NCBI RefSeq assembly: GCF_006345805.1
Contig: NC_042999.1
Location: forward strand, 30,504,001-30,568,000
Direction of reading: 5' to 3'
From: Octopus sinensis
Taxonomy: Eukaryota
DNA length: 64,000 nt
Both the position numbers and the translations under genes were made by a program. The notes under the pieces were generated by a model, which saw only the letters and a list, made by a program, of their open reading frames with translations, did not search any database and was not told the DNA's origin. This document shows positions 14,076 through 29,443 of this stretch, in pieces (within the stretch, counting starts at the first letter, position 1; the number at the start of each line of letters is the position of its first letter).

Positions 14076-15834
14076 TCATTACTTTGATTTACTGTGGTAG
14101 TTCTTTTGAAATTAATGTTTCACATCTGATTAACGCACCACTTCAATGTTTATATCTTTGTCTGCATAATGTTTTTATTAACTTAGTTTTCAGTAATATA
14201 TATATATATAAAATTAATTATCACTTATTTGTTAATTTATATTTTTACAGTTTTATTTTCTGGGAAGATTTTCCAAAGCTCTTATACAAAATCATCTGCA
14301 TAGACACAATCTTTTCCTTCGATGCAATTCCGTTAAGAGTAATTGTGTGTTGCCTGTTATTCGGAGACACTGTAAGCAATAAAGATTTTTAATTTTATGA
14401 ATGTTTGGTTAATTTTCAAGGAGACTTAGCAAATCTGTCACTGAAACTATAGGCGATTACGTCTGCGAATGACGTAGTATGTTTTTATTTTATTATATTA
14501 GTAAGTTTTATGAGTACAAGCTTAAGATAATTGATAAAAGACGGTCGTTATGATACTGAATTTGGGAAATTGTATATTGTAGATGTCCTATTCGATGAGG
14601 TGTTCTAAATATTACGTGTAAATTGTCATACTTACACCTTTGTTAGCAGTGTTTTAGATTTTGCATTGAAACAACCAACAGAAAATGGGGTGCAATGAAA
14701 TGCTAGTCTCGATGCCATCTATAACGACGTATCTTTGTCTAATTACTGTTCTTGTTGGGAGTATCGCAGTTGCTGAGCAATGTGTTCAAAGTGTCAGGAG
14801 GAAATGTATTTTGAATGACACTCGTCGTGGGGTCCGGTATTGATTAAAGGGTTGGCGGAAAATAACGGCGTGAACTGTAGCGAAATCTACCCAACAAGTA
14901 GGTTGTGGCTGAATTTGAACCGAAACAAACCCCACAAAGCAACATGTTCAGCCATTTCTCTTCCTTCGATTGGTACTTAGTTACTTGCTTATCAAGACAC
15001 CTATAGCGTTTAGCTCATGCTTTTTAAGGCATGATTTCTATTTCTGTCCTAGATTGCGACTCGTGCCCATGATCAAAGTATATATTTACTCGTTGTTTCA
15101 AATTACTGAAATCTATTGTGTACCATCGAAGTACTGGTGCAATCTACTTTTCTTATAGTAATCACGTCTTGGATGTTAAACTTTTGTGTGCTTTTCGATG
15201 TCTAGTGTACTTTTGCATGTTTAGTGTTTTCTTTATGTTCTGTGAGCCTTGAGATGTGCATAACATTGTTCTTGATAGTCAATAAGGTTGCAAATTACCG
15301 TTGAATATGGATGAATATACAAGGACGTTCGTACTATCTACTATGTTACCGTCAAATGAATGCTTTTTGTAGATGCTGTGCTGAAAAACCGTTTTGTTGA
15401 TGATAAATCGTGTGAATAATGCTGAGGGTTATTGGCAGCAAATCCACTCTACTTTATTGAATTATATATTTAGGTATTGCGTATTTTTTATATATTTGCT
15501 GCATCGTGTTTAACATTATCTATGACGCACTTTAAGCAATATGTATGAAGTCCACATAAGAACAGTATCCTGGAGTTTATGTTGCTTTTGTTTGGTACGC
15601 AGCCCAGGCGATGGCGATGGTTTTGCTTCTATAAGTAAGTTAGGGGTCTTGTGTTTGTTGCTGCTACTTATGAAAGTAAAAGAAAAATGAATGAAAAGAT
15701 ATAGTGAATTGAATTTCGAGAAAAATTCTGTCCGAGATTGTTTACGGAACACAGAGTACAATAAAATGTTGATTAATAACTCTTGCGGTAACTGACATGA
15801 TAAACATACTTTAAAAAGCATGTGTCATCTTTTG

Positions 15835-15989
15835 CCTGGTGAATAATGTTAAGACGTCTCTTTACCAGCCGCATGGCTCCGATTTCAGTCCAACTGCGTG
15901 GCACCTTGGACAAGCATCTTCTACTATAGCCAGCAAAAATATCGTGAGTGGATTTAGTAGGCGGAAACTGAAAGGCGCCCGTCTGATGC

Positions 15990-15990
<1 letters not shown>
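15835..15990 (+). mobile_element. SINE family B, 5' part
   Basis: CTGCGTGGCACCTTGGACAAG..GTGAGTGGATTTAGTAGGCGGAAACTGAAAG, as at 42448. Confidence 0.75.
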
Positions 15991-16067
<77 letters not shown>

Positions 16068-16238
16068 ATAGATAGATAGATGTGTGTGTGTGTGATAAGA
16101 TAAATTAAATATAGACATGTTCTATTGACAATCCAATAATTTAGTTATATTATAATAATACTTTAAATGTAATATATAAGATGATTTTATATAAACAATT
16201 ATAAAAATCGTAAAAGGACAATTTCTTTCGACTTAATT

Positions 16239-16307
<69 letters not shown>

Positions 16308-16774
16308 CGTGATATACTTAATCACAGTTTCAGTATATATAAGTCACTCTATTCATTATATATAAATCAATCTATTGTGTTCCACCGAAGTACTGGTGCA
16401 GTCTCACTTTCTTCTAGTCATCAAGTCTTGGATAATTTTCTAGGTCACCTGGCATAGAATTAAACTGTTAAGTGCTTTTCCATACTTACCGTACTTTTGC
16501 ATACTTTTTACTGTGTGGGCCACGAGATAAATTTGAGAATTACCCCTGAATTTTTGCAATCCAGCAGTCCTTTCACACGGAATTTCGTCTTTCTGAACAA
16601 AGGACAGTGAAGTAGTGACTTATATATAAATTTAACATTATACTAGCTGTTTTATGGAATATTTTCTTATTTTCTTCTAGAATTTCTTTATATTTCATCC
16701 TTCGATATTATGCATATCAGAAATATATATACATACATACACACACACACACACATACACACACACACACACAC

Positions 16775-16844
<70 letters not shown>

Positions 16845-19800
16845 TAAGTCGAAACAATTTGTTGTCCATTTACGGTTTTTATAACTCATTATATAATATT
16901 ATGCTATATTATATGTTATATTACTAGTAGTTAATGTAATATTGTAGTATGAATAAATTATTGGATTTTCAATAGAATATATCTATATTTAATTTTCTTA
17001 ATTATTGAATTATACCAATATTTATATGGTATCCAATAGAAGTACCAGTGAACTGGATGTTTAAACAGCTCTTTGAAAGATCTCTTTTCCTTAGTTTGAT
17101 ATTTAAATGTATATCTGCATATATGCATATGTGCGCGTGTGCATGCATGTGTATGTGTGTGTCTGCGAGTGCACGTGTTTGTGTGTGTGTGTCTTATATG
17201 GAACAAAGAAAACTGACCACGCAATATGTTAAGAGAGGAAATATATTATTATAATATAAACTACAAAAAATCCTTGTGAAATAAAAATCCGTATGGTTTC
17301 CTGACCGAAATATTAATTTATTTCGCCAAAATTTTACTTTCATAAACTCTGCATTACAGATCTGTTCTTCATATAACTTCGACTCATTGAGACATTCTTT
17401 TATTTACTAATGTTAGCCAATATTTTATTGACATGCAAACCACTCTTCAACCACATTAAGCAAAATTGTACCAGTATGTGAACATATATATTCTGTCTGT
17501 TAAACAATAAAACCAGTGTCTTATCAACATGCTCCAACATTAATTAAGTTTTTCCCCTTAATCTGCCATTCATCGTAACATTACACCTGAGTTACTTATT
17601 AGCGGCCAACTTTTAATTGCAGCTAACGTGTATCCAAAACACTGCTGCACTAACATACCAGTAAGTTACTTAATCACCACATACGGCTACATTTATACCA
17701 CCATATTACTAAATTAGTATATTTCGACACAACCATACGATAACAACAACGCTCCACAAGATTACCATCTAAATAGAACACATCTTTATATAACCGCATC
17801 AGTGCACCATCACCACCACCATAGTACAAAAACACCGCCCGAGAACAACAACATACACTACACCACCAAAACCCTATGCAGTACAAGACTATAGTGCTAC
17901 AGCACTATCGCACTTCTTCGCTTCATGCATCAACGCACCGTAACACATGTAGCACCAAAGTTTACACCACCTCGACACTAAAGCAACAACAGTCTAAAAT
18001 TTAATCTCATTTCAACCTAGAAGACTACACCATCTCAAAACTATCGTACCACAAATCTATACGTCATTTTTGCCCGCGCAAAACACATCAGTAAACAACG
18101 AAATAACTATATTATTAATCTAGCACGCTACTATGCCTCAGTTCCATCATTGATGCATTTTAATTTCTCAATAGATTTAATAGACTTAGTCCGCTAATAC
18201 CAGGTAAGATATTTCAATTTTTATGTTCAACTCAATCAAGCTGCCAGCCAACATTTGACCTTCACATGCAGTCATCCGTTACAGTGCATTTTCTGTAGTT
18301 TTAATTTTGACTTCATATATTGCTATCTCTTCTATAACACGTTCACTTCATAAAAGCGATAGCTCATTTTATATTTGATTTTTTTAAATAAACACAAATT
18401 CATACAAGCTCACACACAAGTACACACAGAGACACACAGACACACATATATGCACATGTATATACATATGTATATGTATATATATATATATGTGTGTTTA
18501 TATGTGTTTGTGAGTATTTATGTATGAATACATACACATATACATATTAATTTTCAAAATATTAAATTTAAAATGCAATCCATCTCATATCTTTGATTCT
18601 TGGTTTTACGTCCTTCCTTTTTTTTATTTTCAAATTATTTACTTCAATATTAGTATGTTTTGGTTTTGATTTATCTGATATTGGCTAATTAGTAACAATA
18701 TAAAGCTAACTTCTGGGTCACAGAATATTTAAACTTGCTTTCATCGATAAAGGGGAGATGACATGAAAATAAAATAACAAAATTATATATTAAGAATTAG
18801 AAAAAAGAAAACAAAGTCACACAGAGAATATGAAATCATCACATTATAATTTTCAATAAATTTTCGTTAAACTCAATCAATAATGTTATGACATATTTGC
18901 CATGGAATTCTGTATTCGCTTTCCTTCGCTTCTTCAGCTCTTGTAAAAAAAAAAAGAAAATAAACGACAACACTCGGTACATGTGTGGAGATAACGAAGG
19001 ATGAAATATAAAGAAATTCAAGAAAAAAATTAAAAAAATATTCCATAAAACAGCTAGGATAAGGTTTAATTTATATTCTTTTAATCTCTTTCAACGATAA
19101 GAGTAAAAGTAAATTAATATGGTAGCAAAAGAAATTTTTTTCTCATATTGCAGTTGATTAATGAGGTCTCTTGGCACTTAATTTTGCGAGGTTTTATACA
19201 AAATATGATGTAATCGAAAGAATATGAGCTGATCATTTAGAACCAAAGATCTTTCGTGTAAGACCTTGTCGGCCAAATCCAAGATAATTGAATAGTTTAG
19301 TTTAATAGAGAGTAAGAGGTCATTTTCACTGGAAGAATTATCTCATTATTACAGATCCTGTGCAACATGTCTAAGAACGAAGATCCATGAAAATTTGTTC
19401 TTCATCTGAGAATGCTAATAAATTCTTTACATAGAAATTGTGAGCAGTTCTAAAATTAATGTTTTGAACCCAAAAAAAGCGCGCGCGCACACACACACAT
19501 ATAACACGTTATATGTTCATAGTTATACGCATATATATATCCTTCTAAATGAAATAGCATTTGAGACTGTATGTTTGTATTTGTAAATATGTATTTATCT
19601 ATCAATCAATATATTTATCTATCAACAAAGATACCTTATGTCCCTGCCGTAAGGCTTTATTTCCATACACGCCAGCTAAATATATTTCGTCCTTAGTTGA
19701 ACGATAGCCGTTGTTATTTCTCTTAATTGCATTTATAACTGTGTAAAATTTCTCTGTTTGTTGTTTTTTCGTTCTTACTTTGGTATACATTCGCTGCTTT

Positions 19801-20034
19801 CTTCCAAGGAATCTAATGCTCTTAGCTTCGCTTTTCCTTTGGGCTTACCAGATGCGAGCAATCTCGAGTATAACCAGCCGAAACTGCAAAGATAATCTGG
19901 AACTTGATTAATGATCGAAAACTCAGAATGACCCGGCCATGTTTTGATTGTTTTTAAATCATGCCTGGATGTTTTGTTGTTCCTTTTTTGTATCATGTAA
20001 CCGGCTTGATGTTTTGCTTTCTTGTCCCATGTTT

Positions 20035-20071
<37 letters not shown>

Positions 20072-20085
20072 ATACACACACACAA

Positions 20086-20146
<61 letters not shown>

Positions 20147-20955
20147 TATCGAAGGGTTCTCGAGGACAATTGATTATTAGAATATTATTCTCTTGAAGCC
20201 AACTAAATACTCTCAATTTATGTTACAAACGGAATACTACACTCGTCGTTGGCATGAGGCAGTAGACACTCAAATAGTCCTTACATGCACGCCATCCGGC
20301 TGGTTACCAATTCACTATTATTGTGTAATATGTAGCCCATTCAAGGTGCCTTTGCCCTTTTATGCCTATTTCATCTCTAATGCAATTGTCTGCCCGATTC
20401 TCAAAATTAAAAGCATCTTCATCCAAACAAGATAACTCATCTTCCATTTTATCTTCAATGAACTAGTGCAAGGTGCCAAATTTTCAAACTGAGAATGTTT
20501 CATATATCAAATAAATGTGTGCCTGTGTGGTAAGAAATATTCCCCCCAGTGAAGAGGTACCGTTCGAGCCCCATATCTTGGCAACTGGCGCTAGTTCGTT
20601 GTGCATAGATTTGTTAATCAGAAACTAAAAGAAGATTTTCGTATAGGTGTGCCTCTGTGTTTGTGTGTATGTGTATCTGAGTGTGTGTGTGTATGTATAT
20701 CTGTAAGCATGCGCGCGTGCGTGTGTGCATTTCTTCGTGATTATTTATAAATCTTTTACCGTAAATGATTACAAAATAGGTGATATATGAAGAGTTGAAA
20801 ATCGCATAGTTTTGAGTCTCATGTGGATATTTCCTTCAATATTTCTACATGTAGATTTTGTTGTTGCCAGTCTAAACAAATATTTAACTGCTAATAAAAT
20901 TGTTGCTTGAAAAATACATACATATGTGTGTATGTGTGTGTGTGTATGTGTGTGT

Positions 20956-20991
<36 letters not shown>

Positions 20992-23416
20992 ATGTATAAG
21001 GGGAGCTAACTGTGATTTGAGATATGCATAAGTGGAAGTGTTCTCTGAGGTTATGCGGTGTGTGTATGTCGAGAGAAATGCACACCTACGTAAATTTAGT
21101 GGAACAGATTAGTGAAGATGTGAGTTGGTGTGTATGTGTAAGGAAAGCGTAAATGTAGATGAGAGTGAGCATGAGTTTTGAGATGAAAGGAAAGGCGTTA
21201 GAAGTGTATATAAGGTATGTGTGTGAAATGATATATAAGAATTTTATGAAGAAGGGGGAGTATGAGAGTACAATGCAACAGAAGTAAAAGAAAATATAAT
21301 TCTGAGAGGGAAGAAAATTTGTGAATCACACGCAGGGATATGATGAATGCAACAGAAATGAACGTAAAACGTTTGGATGAAATAAAGAAATATAGAACAA
21401 AAAATTGAGATGAAAGAAAGAAGAATGAAAGGAACGCGCAGACGAATTCACTGAGAGAAAACCAAATTCAGTAAATGAAAAAATTCACAGAAAAATTTGA
21501 GGGTAAATGGAGAAAACTTTGAAAAAATATATATATATGATAAAGCATTAAGAAACTAAATAAAATTAAAAGAATGAACTTCAAAAGAAAAATAAATCAG
21601 AAGAATATTCGAGTGAAAGTCAAGCAATTTAGTTATGTCATGTTTATCAAATTTCACTTGTGAAATCATATATTCCTGGCAAAATGCAGAACACTTTATC
21701 AGTTAGAAGATCTACATTTTTTCTCACATATATTTATTTCCTCAACATCTTTTTATGTTTTAAATTTTTTGTTTTCTATTTATAAAATTCATTTCTCCTT
21801 TCGTCTTATTATTACCTTTATTATTATCATTATTGCCATTACTTATATTTTGTTATTATTATCATCATTATGACGTTTATTATGTTGCATATTTTTTATG
21901 TTTTCCAAGAATACTGACAAGTTTCTTCTTGAAGTCTTAAAACGTTGGTTTTCCTTTTGACGCTAAGACACAAACCTTACAAAATAGACTATTAAATTCT
22001 ATATAAAATGAAACAGCATGTGAATAGAATAATATATAATAGAACCATTCCGCCTAAAACTTTCTTTGCTGTCTTATTAGCTTAATATATATTTTATTGC
22101 AATTATTATAGATGAGAAATGTTGGAATACTTTGAACTGAAAGGAGGGGAAATATTAAAAGTAATATAATAAAAATACAAGACGAAGAACAAAGTGTAAA
22201 ATACAATAACATAGATAATAACAACAACAAAATCAACAAAGCTAAAAACAAAAAGGAAAACAATGACAACTACAAGCACAAAAGTATAAATACTGATTAA
22301 ATCTGAAAGACTACAGAATGAAAATCAAGAAAGCCAACATATAAAACAGAACTTACTAAAGAATATATCAATTAAATAGAAGAAATTAATTTAATAAAAG
22401 CAGTTATGAACTGAACATATTGGAAGTAAAGTAATTAATTGAATAACGGTGTTAATTGGATAGGAAATGACGAAATATGATTAAGCTGATAAAATAATGG
22501 CAATAAGTGAATTAATGGTATGAAACGAAAGAAATAAAGAAAACGAAATAATATAAAGTAATTCCGATATTTTGATTTCTTTTTAGAGAAAAAATTAAGT
22601 TGATTGGTGAGATTTGTATTTCATAGCATTTTTACGTATTTATCTGGGATTGACTTTAAACTTTCTATCAATTATTGCTTTTTTTCTCTAACTTGTAAAA
22701 CAGTCCTGCTTGTCCATACGGACATATCTTTTCTCTGTATATCACTATACATTCGTATATGCACAAATATTTCCGAATGCACGCGGATAAAGATTCTCTG
22801 TATATCTTTATACATCCGTATAGTTTTTGCTTTTACGCCACCACATTATTAGCATCAACATCTTTTAAAAAATGTTGTATATACTCTATTTGTATAGATA
22901 TGTGTGCTAATATTTTTCAAAGTAATGCTCATATGAATTTAATGTTCACATATCTAATCGGCTCTAAATCCCAGTGCCATGTCTTCAATTGTTTAGCCTT
23001 GTTACATTAATCGAAGTCAATTTTGCTACGTTACTTGAAGTCAATTTTGTTGCATTACTTGTACATCCCACCATACCAAGGTTATACCATTAATCCTACA
23101 CTTCACTTCATTTTCCCACTCTATTCTGTATAGCTCGATGACCTATATTTTTGACCTTACAGTTCTTCCCAATTTTCTCAAATATAAAGAGATCCAACAT
23201 GTGTTCATAATGATAGCACCACGTAACCTTAACAAAAAAATAATTAAAAAAGCATAATCATTTTAATAACAAAAATGTATTAATAAAACTAAACAAAAAA
23301 AGTTAAATGATTTTCACACGTTTCCCCATTGAGAGCTCAGCAAAATAGCACGCTTCTCAACTGGCTATACAAATATGCTTGCTGTTCGACCATGCACTTT
23401 TAATATATACATACGT

Positions 23417-23479
<63 letters not shown>

Positions 23480-23505
23480 TAGAGAGAGAGAGAGAAAGAT
23501 AGATC

Positions 23506-23550
<45 letters not shown>

Positions 23551-23596
23551 TTAGATAGATAGATATAGAGATAGAGAGAGAGAGAAAGAGACATAA

Positions 23597-23965
23597 GGCG
23601 CCGAGCTGTCAGAAACGTTAGCACGCCGTGCGAAGTGCGTAGCCGTATTTCGTCTGCCGTTACGTTCTGAGTTCTAATTCCACCGAGGTCAACTTTGTCT
23701 TTCATCCTTTCGAGGTCGATAAACTCGGGTCACTCGGGTCGATATAATCGACTTAATCCGTTTGTCTATCCTTCTTTGTCCTCTCTGTGTTTAGTCACTT
23801 GTGGGCAGTAAAGAAATAAGTATATCTGTATGTCTGTCTTTACGTTCTAACTTCAAATTCTGCCGAGGTCGACTTTGCCCTTCATCCCTTCGGGATCGAT
23901 AAATCATGTACCAGTTGCGTACCCTCAAGTTTTCCGGCCTTGTACCAAGATTAGAAAAGAATATT
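23597..23965 (+). mobile_element. SINE family A, dimeric copy
   Basis: Head GGCGCCGAGCTGTCAGAAACGTTAGCACGCC; the body GCCGAGGTC..TTCATCC..CGAT occurs twice. Confidence 0.85.
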
Positions 23966-25978
23966 AATATATATATATAGAATAGAATATTTATATCCCT
24001 GTCTCTCTAAATGTTGGAATACTTTAACCTAGATATCCTGCTTTTCAGCACGTTTATCATCCAACCCCAATTAACTCGGATGCGTAACGCAGTATTAACA
24101 GCTAACCTTTCTTCTTTCTTACCCTTACTAACTTGTCTTTCTACTGGGACAATGTTAGTGTTACACTTCAGAAACGCCATCACTTGTAATGTTGTCAGTC
24201 TTGCTTTTAATTTAAGACCCGCACGCTAATAATCACTTAACCTGCCTACACACACTGATTTGTTATGCTTTTATACGTTATCCATGCTCACATCAATGGT
24301 TCATCCGTCTTTATACTAACCCTCATATTCTAACTTATATTTCCAGCACTAACTGATATCTGTTTCTAGGAAAATTAGTATATTTTTCTCATAGGCAAAA
24401 GAACTAGCATGAAATATCAAATTTCCCTTTCTTCTCCTTCACAGCATACATACCTAAACTAACAATATTTGTTAAGAACAACCCAATCCAAATTTGGTTT
24501 AGGCGTGGTTCTTATATGCCAAATAATCAAGTATAACTAGCTAGATGCAGTTATTTAACACTTATGTATTCACATTCTTTAAAAATATTTCGATGCAAAA
24601 TTATATAAATGCTAAGTACTTATTATATTATTGCTACTGCTATAAGGAAAAAAAATGATGTCTTAATCGAGTGCAGCGAGTCCAGTTATCCACTGGGAGT
24701 TGAAACGTAAGAAATATATTTAGTCGCTCATCCGAATGAGATAATGCTTAACGTTACGTAATTTAGACGATAGGAAACAAGCTAAAGAGAGTGGGGATTT
24801 GATCTACGCATGTTGACAATGTGAATATGTAGAGAATGTTGCTAATTATAGTGTTTATCTTGCTTATAAAAAATTGGCAATGTTTCCCTCATTTCATTTC
24901 TAAATTGCTAAACTGGAATGAGACCCAAGACATTTCAATAATTGCCTTTGTAGGATGGAGTTAGTATTATCAGTCAGATATAAGGGGAATCATGGCCAAA
25001 GATTATATTTTCTCTGTATGACACTTCGAAACATTTCCCAATAACTGCCCTTCAAATTCTCATTGAGGATATGTGTCTCTCTATTGTCCATGACAGCAGT
25101 CAATATAACTCTTATACTTCATTCTTCAACACATCTAATCTTCGAGAAAGATATTGCTAAATTCACCGCAGAAGTAAATACGACTCTTGTCATTGTTTTT
25201 CACTTTGTTAGTTTTGTTATCATTGCTCTTGTTGTTTTTGCCGTTCACTTGCCTTCCGTCTTTGCCGCTGTCATTGGCTTTCTTGCGGTTGTTGTTGCCG
25301 ACGTTATTTTCGTCATTGTTGCTGAAAGTTTTGAGTTTTTTCGTTGTCATAGTTATTGGCCCTAGTTGCAGTTATGTAAGATTAAATCGATCCTTATGAG
25401 GAACAGCAATCGTCGAAATAGTGATAAAAGAGAAAAAAATAAAAGAAACGAAGAAACGTCACAACAGGTATTGGACATAAATCCACAAGTCAGCAACTGT
25501 CGGGCGCAAAGGTCGCAAGCTCGGCTGACGGCACATCCATAACTGTAGAGGTTATTCCGAGTCGGCAATGCTTCGCGGAAGAACCAAGCCAGGCCAAGGA
25601 TTTCCGCTACAGAGCACGCTGAGTCTCATCAACACCACGATTTTCACGAAGAACATCTTCGTACTTACCTGGCAGTAACCCTTTCTACAACGCCAAGCTG
25701 GAACTGGAACAAAACCTGACGACACTGCCTTGGTCTATGCTTTATCCGGGACTGCAGCTCAATCAAAGGGACAAGCTGCAGAAGAGGGAGTTTGTCAGAC
25801 GGCCCACGCACCTGCTCACTCTCCAGGAAGCGCTTATTTTACAGTAGTGCTCTACCCACAGAAGGAAAGTACAAAATATATGTATAAAATCTGGAAGAAA
25901 TCTAGTCTAAATAAAGACTTGGAGAGAACAATAGACACCAATAAATTAGCTAACATAACGAGATATATTCTCAATGCA

Positions 25979-26024
<46 letters not shown>

Positions 26025-26025
26025 G

Positions 26026-26059
<34 letters not shown>

Positions 26060-26067
26060 ATATATAT

Positions 26068-26159
<92 letters not shown>

Positions 26160-26579
26160 AATATATATATATATATATATGTATATGTATATATATCGGA
26201 AATAGAAATAGAACTCTGGAAAAGAAATATACATCAGGAAACGTAGATAGTAACCGCACAGAAATACCAAATAATATCATAAGCACTGGGACTAGAAAAT
26301 AAGAAGAAAACGTAACATATCCAAAAAGAAATAAGGAACGAAATACACTAAATCCAGATGTATAATAATGATCGAAATGCAAGAACGAACACCACAGAAA
26401 AATAGTTACAGGTGAGAATATGAAACAAATCGAAAAGACGGAAACAACAAAGGTGAATCGAAAGATTGTGATGTTCGTAAAATGAGCGTAATCAAAGAAT
26501 TTAATGCCATATATTCTACTAAAAATTTGTCAAAGAATAAATTACAGATCAATGCAGCACCAACAAATCTGTACTTAGG

Positions 26580-27665
26580 CACTGCTAGAGGAAGAAAACT
26601 GACTTAGCCTTGTCATGAATCGATTATCGTAAGGCGTAATTTATGATACCACATTCTTGGATTACGGTATTTATGAACCTATTTGGTATTTTATCCAATG
26701 TTGAACGATCGCTTGGGAAAAGTATGGTGAAGTGGAACACAGAACTCACATCATATGGAATAAGTTTAGGGACAATACAACTCAGAAAAGGCAACATCCA
26801 AGGTGACTGATTATCCCTACTAAACTTTGTTCTGTGCATGATACAACTAACACAAAGGCTGAGTATGTATTCAAAAGCGGCCGATAAAAATTCAAGCACT
26901 TTTTATTCATGGTTGACGTCAAACTTAATGATAAGGATGAATCGCAAGCCACTCCCCTCGTTGATATGGTGCATACTCTCAGTGCTAATATTAGAATGAA
27001 TTTCCGACTGAAAAATTGTTGTGTGTTAGAATTTAAGTGAGGCAAAACTGAATCTATGGACGAGCTAGCGATTCCATCAGAGCAGGTTATGAAGCAAATA
27101 GAAGACTCGGGCTATAAGTACTTGGGGATATTTGAAATAGATAAATCGATGGAGAAAGAAATGGCAAAAAACATTCAATGTGGAGTACTTGCGCAGACTG
27201 AGACTGATTTTCAAGTCGAAATTAAACAAAATACGATTAAAGTTAGTAACACCTGAGCGCTTTCACTACTTAGATATAGAGCAGGACGAATCAAATGGAC
27301 AGTAGAGGAATTAAACCGCTTAGACAGCAATTCAAGGAAGTTGCTGACATGATATGGGATACTCCACCCGAAAAGGGACACAGAAAGACAATGTACCAAG
27401 AAAAATATAATGAGAAGTAATTGGATGCGAACACAGCATTAGACCGGAAGAAAACAAGTGAGCATGTTATGTAAAAAAGGACACAGAACCGCTATTTTTG
27501 GAAGGAACAAGGTCAGATTTGTGTACATTGGAAAAGAGCAAATATAAAGCAGTGTACCGCACTTGACAATGAATGAAATTGAAATAGATGAATAAAGAAA
27601 AGAATGCTTGAACAATTTCATAGGGATGTTGAAGATAAGACAGACTCAGAAAAAAGATGCCTATG
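26580..27665 (+). mobile_element. R4/Dong-like RT fragment, decayed
   Basis: Recognisable relics of IDYRKA..IPHSWI, GNIQGD, HFLFMVDVKL, GYKYLGIFE and GILHPKRD. Confidence 0.85.
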
Positions 27666-27711
27666 GATGACTAACATTATTTAACACCGGAAAAGAATGC
27701 TCTAGGCTCTG

Positions 27712-27815
27712 CTGTTTGTTGTTAACAAAATTTTTAGGCTTATATACCCTTCAGATTTTTTCAGTTGTCTTGGGGAAATTTCGAAATTAGGTTCTTATTC
27801 CTACATATTTCCGAG
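27712..27815 (-). mobile_element. Decayed fragment of the tRNA-hammerhead element family
   Basis: TTTGTTTGTTAACA..TATACCCT..GTCTTGGGGAAATTTCGAA..GTTCTTATTCCTA aligns with 8770-8860; the ribozyme core is eroded. Confidence 0.7.
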
Positions 27816-27834
27816 CACCCCCTTCAAGTACCCC

Positions 27835-28580
27835 TAGGCATTTGTATCTCTTCTCTGCTTCTAGCCCTTTTATGACATCCTACTGGTCAAGGTTAACGTT
27901 AGATGGTTCTGTCATTTTTCCTTTGGTAAAGGTAGCTTTTGCATATTTATCGAGTTCAAATTGCATTCTGATGTCATCACCGAGTTGTTGAACAGTCGCT
28001 AGTAAGCCCTTGAGTTGTTGGTCATTTTTTGCAAAGAGCTTTAAATCACCCATGTAAATGATTTATATTTTTATCAAACATTCTATAGCCGTATTGTGCA
28101 TCATTGAACAATTTTGAGAGAGGTATTAAGGCAAGACAAAAGAGGAGTTGTGATAAAGAGTCACTCTGGAAAATGCCACATGAAATCTTTACATCTCCAG
28201 CATTTAGAGATTCATTGTCTTTTGTTCAAAGATAGTGTGGTTCTCTTACAGATAAAAAGTTTCGCAAAATTGGGGCTGCTTTATACATTTCCTGACATTT
28301 CTTAATCCAGCTATGTGGTAGGCCAACAAAAGCATTTTTATAGTCTATCAAAGGTTATTGACAAGTTTTAGTGTCGTTTGTGACAATCTTATAAGATCAT
28401 TTTATTGATAAGTAGCTGATCTTTAGAACCATAGGATCCACGTTTACATCCTTTCTGTTCATTAGGGAATATGCTGCTGTCTATTAAAAAAACTATCGGT
28501 ATATACAATCAGGACAGATTTTAGCGCTTTACACATTGTTGTTAAGCAAGTTATGGGTCTATAATTTTTTGGTTCAGGTT
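27835..28580 (-). mobile_element. R4/Dong-like RT fragment, decayed
   Basis: KNYRPITCLTT, FPNEQKGCKRGSYGSKDQLLINK and GIFQSDSLSQLLFCL. Confidence 0.9.
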
Positions 28581-28598
28581 ATGGTCTACAATTTTTGG

Positions 28599-28600
<2 letters not shown>

Positions 28601-28685
<85 letters not shown>

Positions 28686-28702
28686 TATTATTATTATTAT
28701 TA

Positions 28703-28741
<39 letters not shown>

Positions 28742-28747
28742 CATTAT
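28601..28747. repeat. Compound (CAT)n-(TAT)n microsatellite
   Basis: Direct triplet runs. Confidence 0.95.
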
Positions 28748-29443
28748 TCAGTAGTTTTATTTTTATAGCGTGCTTTCACTTCACTACCGAGCGCAGCTCT
28801 GTGTGCCTTGGATATGTGCTGTGATTTGTTGTGATGCTCTGATGGTTATTGTATGGAAAGTGTTCTGCGTAGGATGTGTGCAGTGCCTAGTAGTGCAATT
28901 TTCTGTATGTTATATGTGTTTGTAAGTCCTAGTGTTTTTGTTATGTATTTGTCTGAATATTTTTTATCATGCCTAATGCACCTACTATGATAGGAATTGT
29001 TTCTGTTTTCAGATTCCACATTCTGGTTACCTCTATTTCCAGGTCTTTGTATTTTGAGAGCTTCTCCATTTCCTTTAGAGACACGTTGTCGGTATTGATA
29101 CATCAATTAGAAAGCATGTTTTTTCTTCATGATCTCTGACAACTATATCTGGCCTGTTGGCCTTAATTTCTCTATCTGTGTGTATCGGCATATCCCAGAG
29201 TATGGTTGCTTTCTCGTTTTCTGTGACCTTTTCTGGTGTGTGCCTATACCATCTTTTTCCTGTTGTTATTCCATAATGTTGGCATAGCTTCCAATGTATG
29301 TATGTTCCAACTCTGTCATGTCTGTGAATATATTCCTTCTTAGCCAGGATTGGGCAGCTAGACATAATATGATTTATTGTTTCTTGTCCATCTCCACATA
29401 TTCTGCAGTTACTTGTTATATTTCTTTTCATTACATATTTTTG

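Noticed and set aside
25661-25676. ACTTACCTGGCAG match to the U1 snRNA 5' end
   Set aside because: The following sequence does not resemble U1; the match is mostly the reverse complement of a consensus splice donor.
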